A program made the translations under genes and the position numbers. Positions 28,283 through 36,990 of a DNA stretch of 64,000 nucleotides are shown piece by piece. The first letter of the stretch is position 1. Each line of letters opens with the position of its first letter. The notes beneath the pieces were generated by a model that had not been told where the DNA came from, did not search any database, and was given only the letters and a program-made list of their open reading frames with translations. The DNA comes from an uncultured Holophagales bacterium (GTDB lineage Bacteria > Acidobacteriota > Thermoanaerobaculia > Multivoradales > UBA5704), in the NCBI GenBank assembly GCA_963842525.1, contig CAWJGT010000034.1, positions 96,001 to 160,000 on the forward strand, read 5' to 3'.

Positions 28283-29125
28283 ATGGATGAGAGCCAAAGA
28301 GAGCAGATTGCGTTGTTTCGCCACAGCGTCATTGCCGAGCTGATCAGCCGGCCGTTGGCGCCACGCGAAAAAGAGAAGCTGTTGTGTGCGATCGCGGAAA
28401 AGACGTGGACGATCCCGGGCAGCGCGCGCAGCCACGTCGGCCGTTCGACGGTGCGAGATTGGCTCGAGCTGTACCAGATCCATGGGTTTGAGGGGCTCAA
28501 GCCGGGCCCGCGTACCGATGCCGGGCGCTCGCGGGCGATCCCGGAGGAGGTGCAGGATCTGCTGCTGGCGCTGCGGGCCGAGCGGCCCGGTGCTTCGCTC
28601 GACAGCCTGATCCGCGCCGTGCATCTGTGCGGCCGCTTTGCGCCCAATCTGCGGCTGTCGCGCAGCAGCGTGCACCGCTTCTTCGCCGCCCAGGCGGTGC
28701 CGGCCCGCCAAGGGTCCAGCGCCGAGCCGGACGCTTTGGCTTTCACCTTTCCGCATGTCAACGACCTGTGGACCTCCGACCTGATGCACGGGCCCCGCCT
28801 GCTGGTGCCGGGGCGCAAGGACGGCGGCAAGACCTACCTCTACGCCTTCCTCGATGACGCCTCGCGCATGGTGCCGTTTGCCGCCTTCTACCTGGCCGAA
28901 AACGCCGCCTGCTTCCAGGACGCTCTGAAGCAGGCTCTGCTGCGCCGCGGCCTGCCGCGACGGCTCTACTGCGACAACGGCGCCACCTTCCGCACCCACC
29001 ACCTGCAGGTCATCTGCGCCACGCTGAACATCTCCCTGGTCCACTCCCGGCCCCACAAGCCGCGCGGTCGCGGCAAGATCGAGCGCTTCTTCCGCCACGT
29101 CCGCACCGCCTTTGTCCCCCACCTG
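28283..29125 (+). pseudogene. DDE integrase/Mu-like transposase, C-terminally truncated
   Basis: LWTSDLMHGP, FLDDASR, LYCDNG, GKIERFF; homology stops after AFVPHL. Confidence 0.85.
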
Positions 29126-29164
29126 GGCTCCCCTGATAGAACTTCTTGGCGATGAGCTCGAGGT

Positions 29165-29397
29165 AGCTGTCGTGCAGGTACACAGCGCGCACCTGGTCGG
29201 GGTGGAGATCGTCGCGCAGTCGCCTCAGGGCGGTGGTTTTGCCGCTGCCCGGCTCGCCGGTGAGCAGGCCGATGGCCCTGGAGTCGACCAGGTAGCGCAG
29301 ACGGCTGTGGAGCTCTTCGAGCCCCTGAGGCCGAAACAGAGAGTCGGCGGTGAGGGGGCCGTGGAAGGGCGGCCGGGTGAAGCCGAAGGCGGGTGGG
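29165..29397 (-). pseudogene. Inverted N-terminal fragment of an ExeA-like AAA ATPase
   Basis: PPAFGFTRPPF...IGLLTGEPGSGKTTALRRL on the minus strand. Confidence 0.75.
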
Positions 29398-30014
29398 GAA
29401 CCCCGCAAGGAGCCGTGATCAGCCCCCTGTTGTCCAACATCTACCTGGACCCGCTGGACCATCACATGGCTCGGTTTGGCTATGAGATGGTGCGGTATGC
29501 GGACGACTTTGTGATCTTGTGCCAGAGTCAGCTCGAGGCCCAATGGGCCCTGATCATGGTCGAGGAGTGGGTGACTGCGGCAGGTTTGCAGCTCCACCCT
29601 GACAAGACGCGGATCGTCGATGCCAGCCAGCGTGGGGGCTTCGACTTCCTGGGGTATCACTTCGAGCGGGGCCTTCGTTGGCCCAGCGCGAAGAGCCGCC
29701 GTAAGTTCCAGGACAAGATTCGCAGCAAGACCGGGCGCACCAACGGGCACAGCCTCCAGCGGATCATCGCGGACCTGGTATCGATCCAGCGCGGCTGGTT
29801 TGAATACTTCAAACACAGCCACTGGTCGACCTTTGAGCAACTGGACAAGTGGATCCGGATGCGGCTTCGCAGCATCCTGCGCCACCGCCAGAAGCGCAAG
29901 GGGAGATCCCGGGGCCGCGATCACAACCGCTGGCCGAAGACCTTCTTTGCTGAGCTTGGGCTGTACTCCTTCTACGCAGCCTACGCCCAGACCCGTCAAC
30001 CCTCTCGGAGGTAA
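29397..30014 (+). pseudogene. ltrA: Group II intron reverse transcriptase/maturase, C-terminal half only
   Basis: GTPQGAVISPLLSNIYL, VRYADDFV, LHPDKTRIV, FDFLG, RGWFEYF; N-terminal RT domains absent; no endonuclease domain. Confidence 0.9.
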
Positions 30015-30162
30015 GACCACCAACCGGAGAGCCGGATGCGGGAGATCCGCACGTCCGGTTCGGAGGGAGGGGGGACCGGGTAAACAACCGGTCCTCCCTA
30101 CCCCTATCAGGGGCCCCCACCACGCCCAACAGGAAACTCTCTGGCCTGAAACGCTACGCCTG

Positions 30163-30219
30163 CGTCCCCCCTCTCCCGGTCGGGGGAGTGCGATGGGAGA
30201 GGGGGACAGGGGGTGAGGT
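30163..30219. repeat. REP-like family A half element
   Basis: GTCCCCCCTCTCCCGGTCGGGGGAGTGCGATGGGAGAGGGGGACAGGGGGTGAGG. Confidence 0.8.
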
Positions 30220-30237
30220 TGAATTAGGCTACCCCTC

Positions 30238-32157
30238 ATGTCGCCCCGAAGCCGGCTCGTGCTTGTCCTCCTCCTCCTCGCCCTCTGCCTGTCCTGCCGG
30301 CAGGGCGGGCCGGCCAACGACCCGGCAGCCAGCCCGGGCCGGCCGGTGGTCTTCGTCGGCCTCGACGGCGCGGACTGGCAGCTCCTCGACCAGTTGATGC
30401 GGGCGGGGCGGATGCCGAATCTGGCAGGGCTCGTTCGCGAGGGCCAGGCGGGGGTGCTGACCACGATCCAGCCGCCGCTCTCCCCTCTTGTGTGGACGAC
30501 CATGATGACCGGGGTGAGCCCGCTGGAGCATGGCATCCTCGACTTCACCCGGTTCAACCCGCGGACCGGGGTGCGCGAGCCGATCCCCGGCACGGAGCGG
30601 CGGGTGCCGGCGGTCTGGAACATGGCGAGCGACGAGGCGAAAAGCGTCGCGGTTTTCGGGATGTGGGCCACCTATCCGGCCGAGCCGGTGCGCGGCTTGA
30701 TGGTGGCCGACCGGTTCCTCTCCTTCACCTCGGGCGCAGGCGGTCCACCGCCGAGCTCGGTCCATCCTCCGGACCGGGAGGGCTGGGCGCGGGAGGTCCT
30801 CAAACGCACGGAGGCGGAGGTCGGGCTTGCAGCGTTGCGGACCTATCTGCCGGACCTGTCGGAGGACGAATTCCGCGCTGCCGCAGCCCGGCCCGATCCC
30901 TATGCCCACCCCGTGAGCGCTCTGCGCAAGGTCCTCGTCGAGACCCGGGCCTATGACGAGCTGGCGCGCACGTGGATCGCAAGGGAGAGGCCGGACCTGG
31001 CGATCGTCTACTTTCAAGGGACGGATACGATCGGCCATGTGTTCGCGCCCTATGCGCCGCCGCGTCAGCCTTCGATCTCTCCGGAGGACTTCGACCGCTA
31101 TCACCGTGTTCCGGAGGTCTATTTCGCCGAGGTCGACCGCCTCCTGGGCGGCTACCGGAAGCTCGCGGAGGAACGCGGTGCGGTGCTCTTCCTCGCTTCG
31201 GATCATGGCTTCCTGTGGGGCGAGGGACGGCCGGAGCGGCTGTCGAGCGCTGCCGTGGCCACGGCCGGGCGGTGGCACCGGGACGCGGGGATCTACCTCC
31301 TGTGGGGGCCGGGCATCGCGGCCGGGAGCGAGAGGCCGCGCGGCCGGGTGGGCCAGGTCTGCGCCACGCTGCTGGGGCTGCTTGGGTTGCCGCCGGGCAA
31401 GGGGCTCGAAGGCGGGCCGCTCCCGGGCGCTCCTGCACCCCAGGGCGAGCCGATCGACTATCGGGCTCACTACAAGCCGGCCCAGGCGGCGTTGTCCTCC
31501 GGGTCCTCCGGGTCTTCCGAGGACGAGATCGCGAAGCTTCGTGCCCTGGGCTATGTCGGCGCGGGCGAGCGCACGCAAGCGCCGCAGGGATCGGGCTCCA
31601 CGCGCACCGCGGCCTCCTGGAACAATGAAGGGCTTCTCCACCGTCAGGCTGGCCGGACCCGCGAGGCCGTGACGGCCTTCGAACAGGCCCTCGCCCTCGA
31701 TCCTCAGTACGCCTCCGCCCTCTGGAACTTGAGCGATCTGCTGCGGGCCGAGAGCCGTGAGCCGGACCGTTCGGACGACCTCCTGGTCCGCGCTCTGGAG
31801 GCGGGGCTTCCCGACGGGGCCGACCAGGCCGGCGCCCGGGCCGTCGAGGAGGCGCGGGCTGGCCGGTCTGACCGGGCGATCCGGCTGCTCGACCGCGCGC
31901 TCGCGGTTCAACCTACCGAGCCGAAGCTGCTCCTCACCCGGGGCCGGTTGCGCCTGGAAGGACAGGACTGCCATGCCGCGTTGGCCGACTTCGAAAAGGC
32001 TGCGAAATCCGCTCCGGATCTTGCCCTCGCCCACAGCTCTGTCGGCCTTGCCCGCCTCTGCCTGGGCGATCCCACAGGGGCGAAGGCGGCGTTCCAGCGG
32101 TCTTTGGAGATCGATCCGAACCAACCGGAGATTGCACGGGCGTTGGCGGGGCTGTGA
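30238..32157 (+). CDS. Alkaline phosphatase superfamily (phosphodiesterase-type) lipoprotein with C-terminal TPRs
   Basis: Lipobox-like CLSC; VGLDGADW, SPLVWTTMMTG, DTIGH, SDHGF, LRALGYV; TPRs. Confidence 0.88.
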   Translation: MSPRSRLVLVLLLLALCLSCRQGGPANDPAASPGRPVVFVGLDGADWQLLDQLMRAGRMPNLAGLVREGQAGVLTTIQPPLSPLVWTTMMTGVSPLEHGILDFTRFNPRTGVREPIPGTERRVPAVWNMASDEAKSVAVFGMWATYPAEPVRGLMVADRFLSFTSGAGGPPPSSVHPPDREGWAREVLKRTEAEVGLAALRTYLPDLSEDEFRAAAARPDPYAHPVSALRKVLVETRAYDELARTWIARERPDLAIVYFQGTDTIGHVFAPYAPPRQPSISPEDFDRYHRVPEVYFAEVDRLLGGYRKLAEERGAVLFLASDHGFLWGEGRPERLSSAAVATAGRWHRDAGIYLLWGPGIAAGSERPRGRVGQVCATLLGLLGLPPGKGLEGGPLPGAPAPQGEPIDYRAHYKPAQAALSSGSSGSSEDEIAKLRALGYVGAGERTQAPQGSGSTRTAASWNNEGLLHRQAGRTREAVTAFEQALALDPQYASALWNLSDLLRAESREPDRSDDLLVRALEAGLPDGADQAGARAVEEARAGRSDRAIRLLDRALAVQPTEPKLLLTRGRLRLEGQDCHAALADFEKAAKSAPDLALAHSSVGLARLCLGDPTGAKAAFQRSLEIDPNQPEIARALAGL

Positions 32158-32453
32158 CCTCACCCCTTGTCCCCCTCTCCCATCGCACTCCCCCCGACCG
32201 GGAGAGGGGGGACGCAGGCGATGCCTTCAGCGCGAGCCCAAGACTGTCATTCTGAGCGCAGCGAAGAATCTGGTCGGGCGGAGCTTCCCCAACCCCCAGA
32301 TCCTTCGCTTCGCTCAGGATGACACGGCGGGGCAGCATTGCCAGACATCCTCCAGGCTGTTGGAGCCTGGACCTCGCCCCTACGGCCTGAGCCACGTCCC
32401 CCCTCTCCCGGTCGGGGGGAGGGCGATGGGAGAGGGGGACAGGGGGTGAGGTC
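32156..32453. repeat. REP-like family A doublet with a nested family C element
   Basis: Terminal IR GACCTCACCCC.TGTCCCCCTCTCCCATCGC. Confidence 0.88.
32245..32324. repeat. REP-like family C palindrome
   Basis: TGTCATTCTGAGCGCAGCGAAGAATCT ... AGATCCTTCGCTTCGCTCAGGATGACA. Confidence 0.85.
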
Positions 32454-32481
32454 CCGCTCTTGTTGTACGCTCCCTGGTCCG

Positions 32482-34201
32482 ATGGAGCTCCTCGAATCGC
32501 GCCGCCTGACCGGCCCCAACCTGCTCCAGGAGCGGGAGGGCGCTGTGCTCGACGTCTCTCTCCTTCCAGAGGAGACGGAGGCCGCGGTGGCCGTATGGCA
32601 GGAGCAGGTCCGGCTGCTCCTCGATGCGGTGGGCTGGCGCGAGGAGCAGACCGCCGTGCGGCTCTTCCCCGGCGGAGCGAGCCTGGCGATCTCGGCGCCG
32701 ATCGACACCCTGTACGCCGCGACCGAGGTGAATGAAGCGGCGTGGCGGGCTGCCGAAGCGGTCCTGCACGGCGCATCCGTCCAGGACCTGGAAGAGACGG
32801 CAGGCCAGCTCCGGGAAGAGATCGAGAGGGAGAGGAACCCTGCCCTCCTGACCCTTCGGGATGCGGCGGAGCGCCACGGCGTTGCCTTCCTCTGGGACGC
32901 CGACCAGGTCTCTGTCGGTCTCGGGACGGGCTCGCGGACCTGGCCGGCCGGCGAGCTGCCCGGCCCTGACGCGGTGCCCTGGCAGGAGGTCCATGACATC
33001 CCCGTCGCGCTCGTGACCGGAACGAATGGCAAGACCACGACCGTCCGGCTGCTCGCGGCCATGGCGCGCGCCGCGGGCATCATGGCCGGAACCACGTCGA
33101 CCGACCGGGTCGAGGTCGGGGGCGAGGTGTTGGACGAAGGCGACTATTCAGGCCCTGGTGGAGCGCGGACGCTGCTGAGGGACCGGCGGGTGGAGCTGGC
33201 GGTGCTGGAGACCGCCCGTGGCGGCGTGCTGCGGCGGGGCCTCGTGGTGCGCCGGGCCGATACCGCGGCGGTCACCAACGTGGCCGCGGACCACCTGGGT
33301 GATTATGGGATCCATGACCTCGAAGCGCTCGCGGACGCCAAGATGCTGATCACCCGGTTCGTTCGGCCGGACGGGCGCGTCGTTCTCAACGCCGACGATC
33401 CCCTTGTGGTGGCACGGATGGGCCGGGCTTCATCCCCGGTGGCCTGGTTCAGCCTCGACCCCGGTCGCCCTGGATTCCAGGACTTCCTCTCCCCCACTGC
33501 CACGGCGTGGGTGCTCTCCGGAGATCGCCTCGAGCGCTGGGAGGCGGGCCGGCGGGAGGCTCTCGTGGATGTTGCTTCGATCCCCATCGCCTTCGGAGGA
33601 GCCGCCCGGTACAACCTCGCCAATGCGCTGGCGGCCCTGGGTCTGGGCGCGGCGCTAGGGCTCCCCCTGGAGGCCATGGTCCATGGCCTCACGGGGGTCC
33701 GCGGCACTCCGGAGGACAACCCGGGGCGCCTCAACCTGATGGACCTCGGGGGCGGCGTGCGCGTCCTGCTCGACTACGCCCACAACCCCCACGGCCTGGA
33801 GGCCTTCCTCGCGGTTGCCCGAAGCCTCCCTGCCCGGCGCCGCCTGATCCTCCTCGGGCAGGCCGGAGACCGCAGCGACGAGGCGATCCGTGACCTCGCC
33901 CGCATCACCTGGACCCTCCAACCCGATCGCGTGGTCATCAAGGAGCTTCCCGAGATGCTGCGTGGACGGATGGCCGGCGACGTCCCGGCGATCCTGGACG
34001 ACGAGCTTCCGGCAGCTCGGAGCCACGGATGAGGCGATCGACCATGCACCGGACGAGCTGACCGCTGTCCGCCAAGCCCTCACCTGGGCCCGGGAAGGGG
34101 ACCTCCTTCTGCTCCTCGTCCATACGCAGCGTGACGAGGTGCTGGAGCTGTTGGGACAGCTTCGCCTGAGCGGTTGGGAACCGGGAGCTCCGGTGCGGTA
34201 G
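32482..34201 (+). CDS. Mur ligase-family protein, cyanophycin synthetase C-terminal-like (frameshift near 34010)
   Basis: SRRLTGPN, VTGTNGKTTT, GDYSGPGGA, LETARGG, TNVAADHLG, NPGRLN, DYAHNP; C-terminus in ORF 33890-34201. Confidence 0.85.
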
Positions 34202-34207
34202 ACGGGA

Positions 34208-35095
34208 TCAGTCGCCGCCGCTGACGAACTCAATCCGCTGCCGCAGCCAGCGGGCCTCGTCCTCGAACCCTACGCTCTCGCTGAATTCGAGCAGCCGGCG
34301 GGCGCGTTCGACCACCTCGAAGCCGATGCTGTCGTGGAGCTTGCGGAGGTCCACCGGGCAGAGGTGAAGTGGTTGGGAGTCGGTCTCTTCGAGAGAGTTC
34401 GACCCGTTCATCAGGCAGCGGTAGAAGGTGCAATGGTGGATTCCGAACATATGGCCCGTCTCATGAGCCAGCACCTTGCAGCTCCGCCGCAGCATCAGCC
34501 GCCGCCAGTCGGCGGGTCGCGTCTCGCCATAGAAGAACGGGTCGAATCGCGCGAAACTGTAGACCCCGACGCGATCGCGCAGCGAGGCCTGGCCGAAGAC
34601 GAAGTTCCAGTCCGGGCCTGGGTACAGATCCTCCATCGTGACACCCAGCACCGCGAAGGCATCATCCGGGAGCTGCCGCTCCAGCAAGCCGAGGAGATCC
34701 CCCGTCAGGAACTGGCGGTTCTTCGTGAAGGGGTTCTGCCGCGAGGTGATACGGTGCGCCTCCAGCGAGAGCGGTGGCAGGACCTCGGCCGTCAAGGCGA
34801 AGAAGGCGGCGGTGAGCTGCCTGAGCTGTTCGAGCGGCGGGCTGTTCGGGCCGAATGTGCCCAGAGGCTGAAGGTAGATCTTGTTCCGGCGGGCGTCCGG
34901 CCGGTTGGGCCGCGACCTCACAAACCGTTCGAAGGTCTGGCCCTTTTCCGGATGGATCTCCAGCCAGTCGCCGGATTTCACCTCGGGCATCGGCTCGAAG
35001 TCGTCTCCTGGCTCGAAGACGCGCGCAGGGACCTCGGGACGGCAACTGACGCTGGCCAGCGACCCGAGCAGGAGCAGCGCCAGCAGAGTGCGCAT
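34208..35095 (-). CDS. Archaemetzincin (peptidase M54) lipoprotein
   Basis: HETGHMFGIHHC..CLMNGSN..D..PLHLCPVDL; DLYP..WNFVFG. Confidence 0.9.
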   Translation of the reverse strand: MRTLLALLLLGSLASVSCRPEVPARVFEPGDDFEPMPEVKSGDWLEIHPEKGQTFERFVRSRPNRPDARRNKIYLQPLGTFGPNSPPLEQLRQLTAAFFALTAEVLPPLSLEAHRITSRQNPFTKNRQFLTGDLLGLLERQLPDDAFAVLGVTMEDLYPGPDWNFVFGQASLRDRVGVYSFARFDPFFYGETRPADWRRLMLRRSCKVLAHETGHMFGIHHCTFYRCLMNGSNSLEETDSQPLHLCPVDLRKLHDSIGFEVVERARRLLEFSESVGFEDEARWLRQRIEFVSGGD

Positions 35096-35110
35096 GCCGG
35101 CTTCCCGCCT

Positions 35111-36247
35111 CTACAATTTCCGCAGGTCCGTTGGCAGCTCGAGCACCATGCGGTAGGCGGTCACCTGCCAGGCGGGATCGTTCATCACACCCGCGGTGCC
35201 GGCCAGGAGGAGCCGGAAGAGCCGCCAGGTCTCCACGCTCGACCGGCGGACGGCCTCCTCCCGGTTCTCGACCCAGCGCTGGTGCCCGTGCTTCGCCCAG
35301 AGGTGGTAGTTGCGCCGGTCGTTCCAGACGCCGGCGAGCTGGATGGGCGACCGGTCGATGGCCGCCATCAGCTCGGGCATGTAGGTCATGCGGAAGGTCC
35401 CGGGCCAGACGTATCTGGTGATGAAGCTGGACGTCCCGAACGGGACCTTGCCGGACGCGAAGTCGAGGTAGATCCGCCCTCCCGGCTTCACCAGCTCGGC
35501 GAGGCGCTGCATCACCCGCGGATAGTCCGACAGGTCCTCGATCACTCCCATCATCGAGATCGCGTCGAATCTTCGACCGGGCTGGTATGTAAAGAAATCC
35601 TGATAGAGAACCTGGGCGTCGAGCCCCCGCTCCCGGATCAGCCCGGTCACATAGCCGAGCTGGTCTTTCGAAAGGGTGATGCCCTGGCCGTGCAGGCCGC
35701 GGCCGCAACAGTACTGGAGGAAGCCACCCCACCCGTGCCCGACGTCGAGCACCTCGTCTCCCTCTTTCAGTTGCAACTGCTCGAAGGCGAAATCGTACTT
35801 GCGCCGCGTGCTCGTCTCGAGCGTGTCGTCCTCGTTCTCGAAGATGCCCGGCGTGTAAGCTCTGTAGTCGCGATCGATAAAGAGGAGCTGGATGTTGCCG
35901 GAGTCGTAGTGTTTGGCGATCCACTCCGGGTTCAGCCGTTCACGGCCGAGCAGCAGCGGCTGGAGCCGGCGCCAGGTCTTGATCCAGAGCCGGTCATCCG
36001 ACAAGAGATTGCGAAACCACATGGCGCGGACGGCGTCGCCCTCGATCTCGAGGTCTCCCCGCACATAGGCCTCGGCAATGGCCAACTCGTCGAGGGATTG
36101 CAGCGCCTTCGTCCCCCTGCCGTTGCGCACGTGCAGCTCGAAGGCCGGCTCGCCGTTGCCCAGGGTCATGGCTCCCGCCTCGGTGTGGAGCGTGAACGCG
36201 CACGGCAGCTCTGCGAATCGCGAAAACAGATTTCCGATCCCATCCAT
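35111..36247 (-). CDS. Cyclopropane-fatty-acyl-phospholipid synthase family methyltransferase
   Basis: AEAYVRGDL, IAKHYD, VLDVGHGWGG, GITLSKDQ, FITRYVWPG. Confidence 0.85.
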   Translation of the reverse strand: MDGIGNLFSRFAELPCAFTLHTEAGAMTLGNGEPAFELHVRNGRGTKALQSLDELAIAEAYVRGDLEIEGDAVRAMWFRNLLSDDRLWIKTWRRLQPLLLGRERLNPEWIAKHYDSGNIQLLFIDRDYRAYTPGIFENEDDTLETSTRRKYDFAFEQLQLKEGDEVLDVGHGWGGFLQYCCGRGLHGQGITLSKDQLGYVTGLIRERGLDAQVLYQDFFTYQPGRRFDAISMMGVIEDLSDYPRVMQRLAELVKPGGRIYLDFASGKVPFGTSSFITRYVWPGTFRMTYMPELMAAIDRSPIQLAGVWNDRRNYHLWAKHGHQRWVENREEAVRRSSVETWRLFRLLLAGTAGVMNDPAWQVTAYRMVLELPTDLRKL

Positions 36248-36350
36248 CCTCGTCCACCTCACAAGGTCTGTGGCGCTACAAGGTCTATGATGCTGAAGCT
36301 CGGGCAGAAGTTTAGCCTAGAATACGCCCCATCGTCTTGGAGGGGGTGGG

Positions 36351-36794
36351 ATGCACAAGATCCAGAACATCGTCGGCAGGCTCGTAGAGGTCAGGGTGGC
36401 GCCGCCCCTGACCCTGGACGAAATCAAGCAGTTCGTGGAAGAGCACAAGGCGACGATCAGCCGCATCCCGGACCGCTACGTCGGCGTGGTCGATCTGCAC
36501 CGGGCCGACATCTTCCCGGCGGAAGTCACCGACGCCCTGATTCAGCTCCTCTCGCGGGTGGCGGACCGGGTGGAGCGGACCGCCTTCCTGATCGGCGAGA
36601 GCGCCGTGTTCGCGCTCCAGATCGAGCGAGTGCTCCGCAACGCGGCCAGTCCGAACCGCAGGACGTTCCGCGATCCCGAGCCGCTGAAGGAGTGGCTCGG
36701 AGAGGTCCTGAACGGCGGTGAGCGCTTCCGGCTCAACCGCTTCCTGACGGACGTGCTGGCCCCGGACGACGGCGGGCGCCCCGCCAAGAAGTGA
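36351..36794 (+). CDS. Hypothetical protein (STAS/SEC14-like)
   Basis: 147-aa alpha/beta protein; VVDLHRA, RRTFRDPEPLKEWL. Confidence 0.6.
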   Translation: MHKIQNIVGRLVEVRVAPPLTLDEIKQFVEEHKATISRIPDRYVGVVDLHRADIFPAEVTDALIQLLSRVADRVERTAFLIGESAVFALQIERVLRNAASPNRRTFRDPEPLKEWLGEVLNGGERFRLNRFLTDVLAPDDGGRPAKK

Positions 36795-36990
36795 CCTCAC
36801 CCCCTGTCCCCCTCTCCCATCGCCCTCCCACCGACCGGGAGAGGGGGGACGCAGGCATGGCGTTCGAGGCAAGGTCGCGCCCCGATCTCCGCAGACAGGC
36901 TGTAAGAGGACTCGCCCACACCGCCTCCTCTACGTTCCCCCTCTCCCGGAGGCAGGGAGGGAGATGGGAGAGGGGGACAGGGGGTGAGGT
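36794..36990. repeat. REP-like family A doublet between convergent genes
   Basis: Terminal IR abuts both stop codons. Confidence 0.9.

Larger units (their letters stand above)
27430..29397 (+). mobile_element. Three-gene DUF6431-like/DDE integrase/ExeA-ATPase transposon remnant inside the intron
   Basis: Starts TGTAGACG at 27430; gene content listed below; right end not found. Confidence 0.7.
27200..30107 (+). mobile_element. Group II intron, interrupted and internally deleted
   Basis: 5' GTGCG at 27200; domain V GAGCCGGATGCGGGAGATCCGCACGTCCGGTTC at about 30028-30061; domain VI ending CCCTACCCCTAT at 30107; removal restores the palindrome. Confidence 0.88.

Noticed and set aside
29112-30014. 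Retron/DGR or a novel RT-ATPase-integrase system
   Set aside because: The RT is a truncated group II maturase followed by domains V/VI, and the neighbouring pieces are fragments of an inserted transposon.
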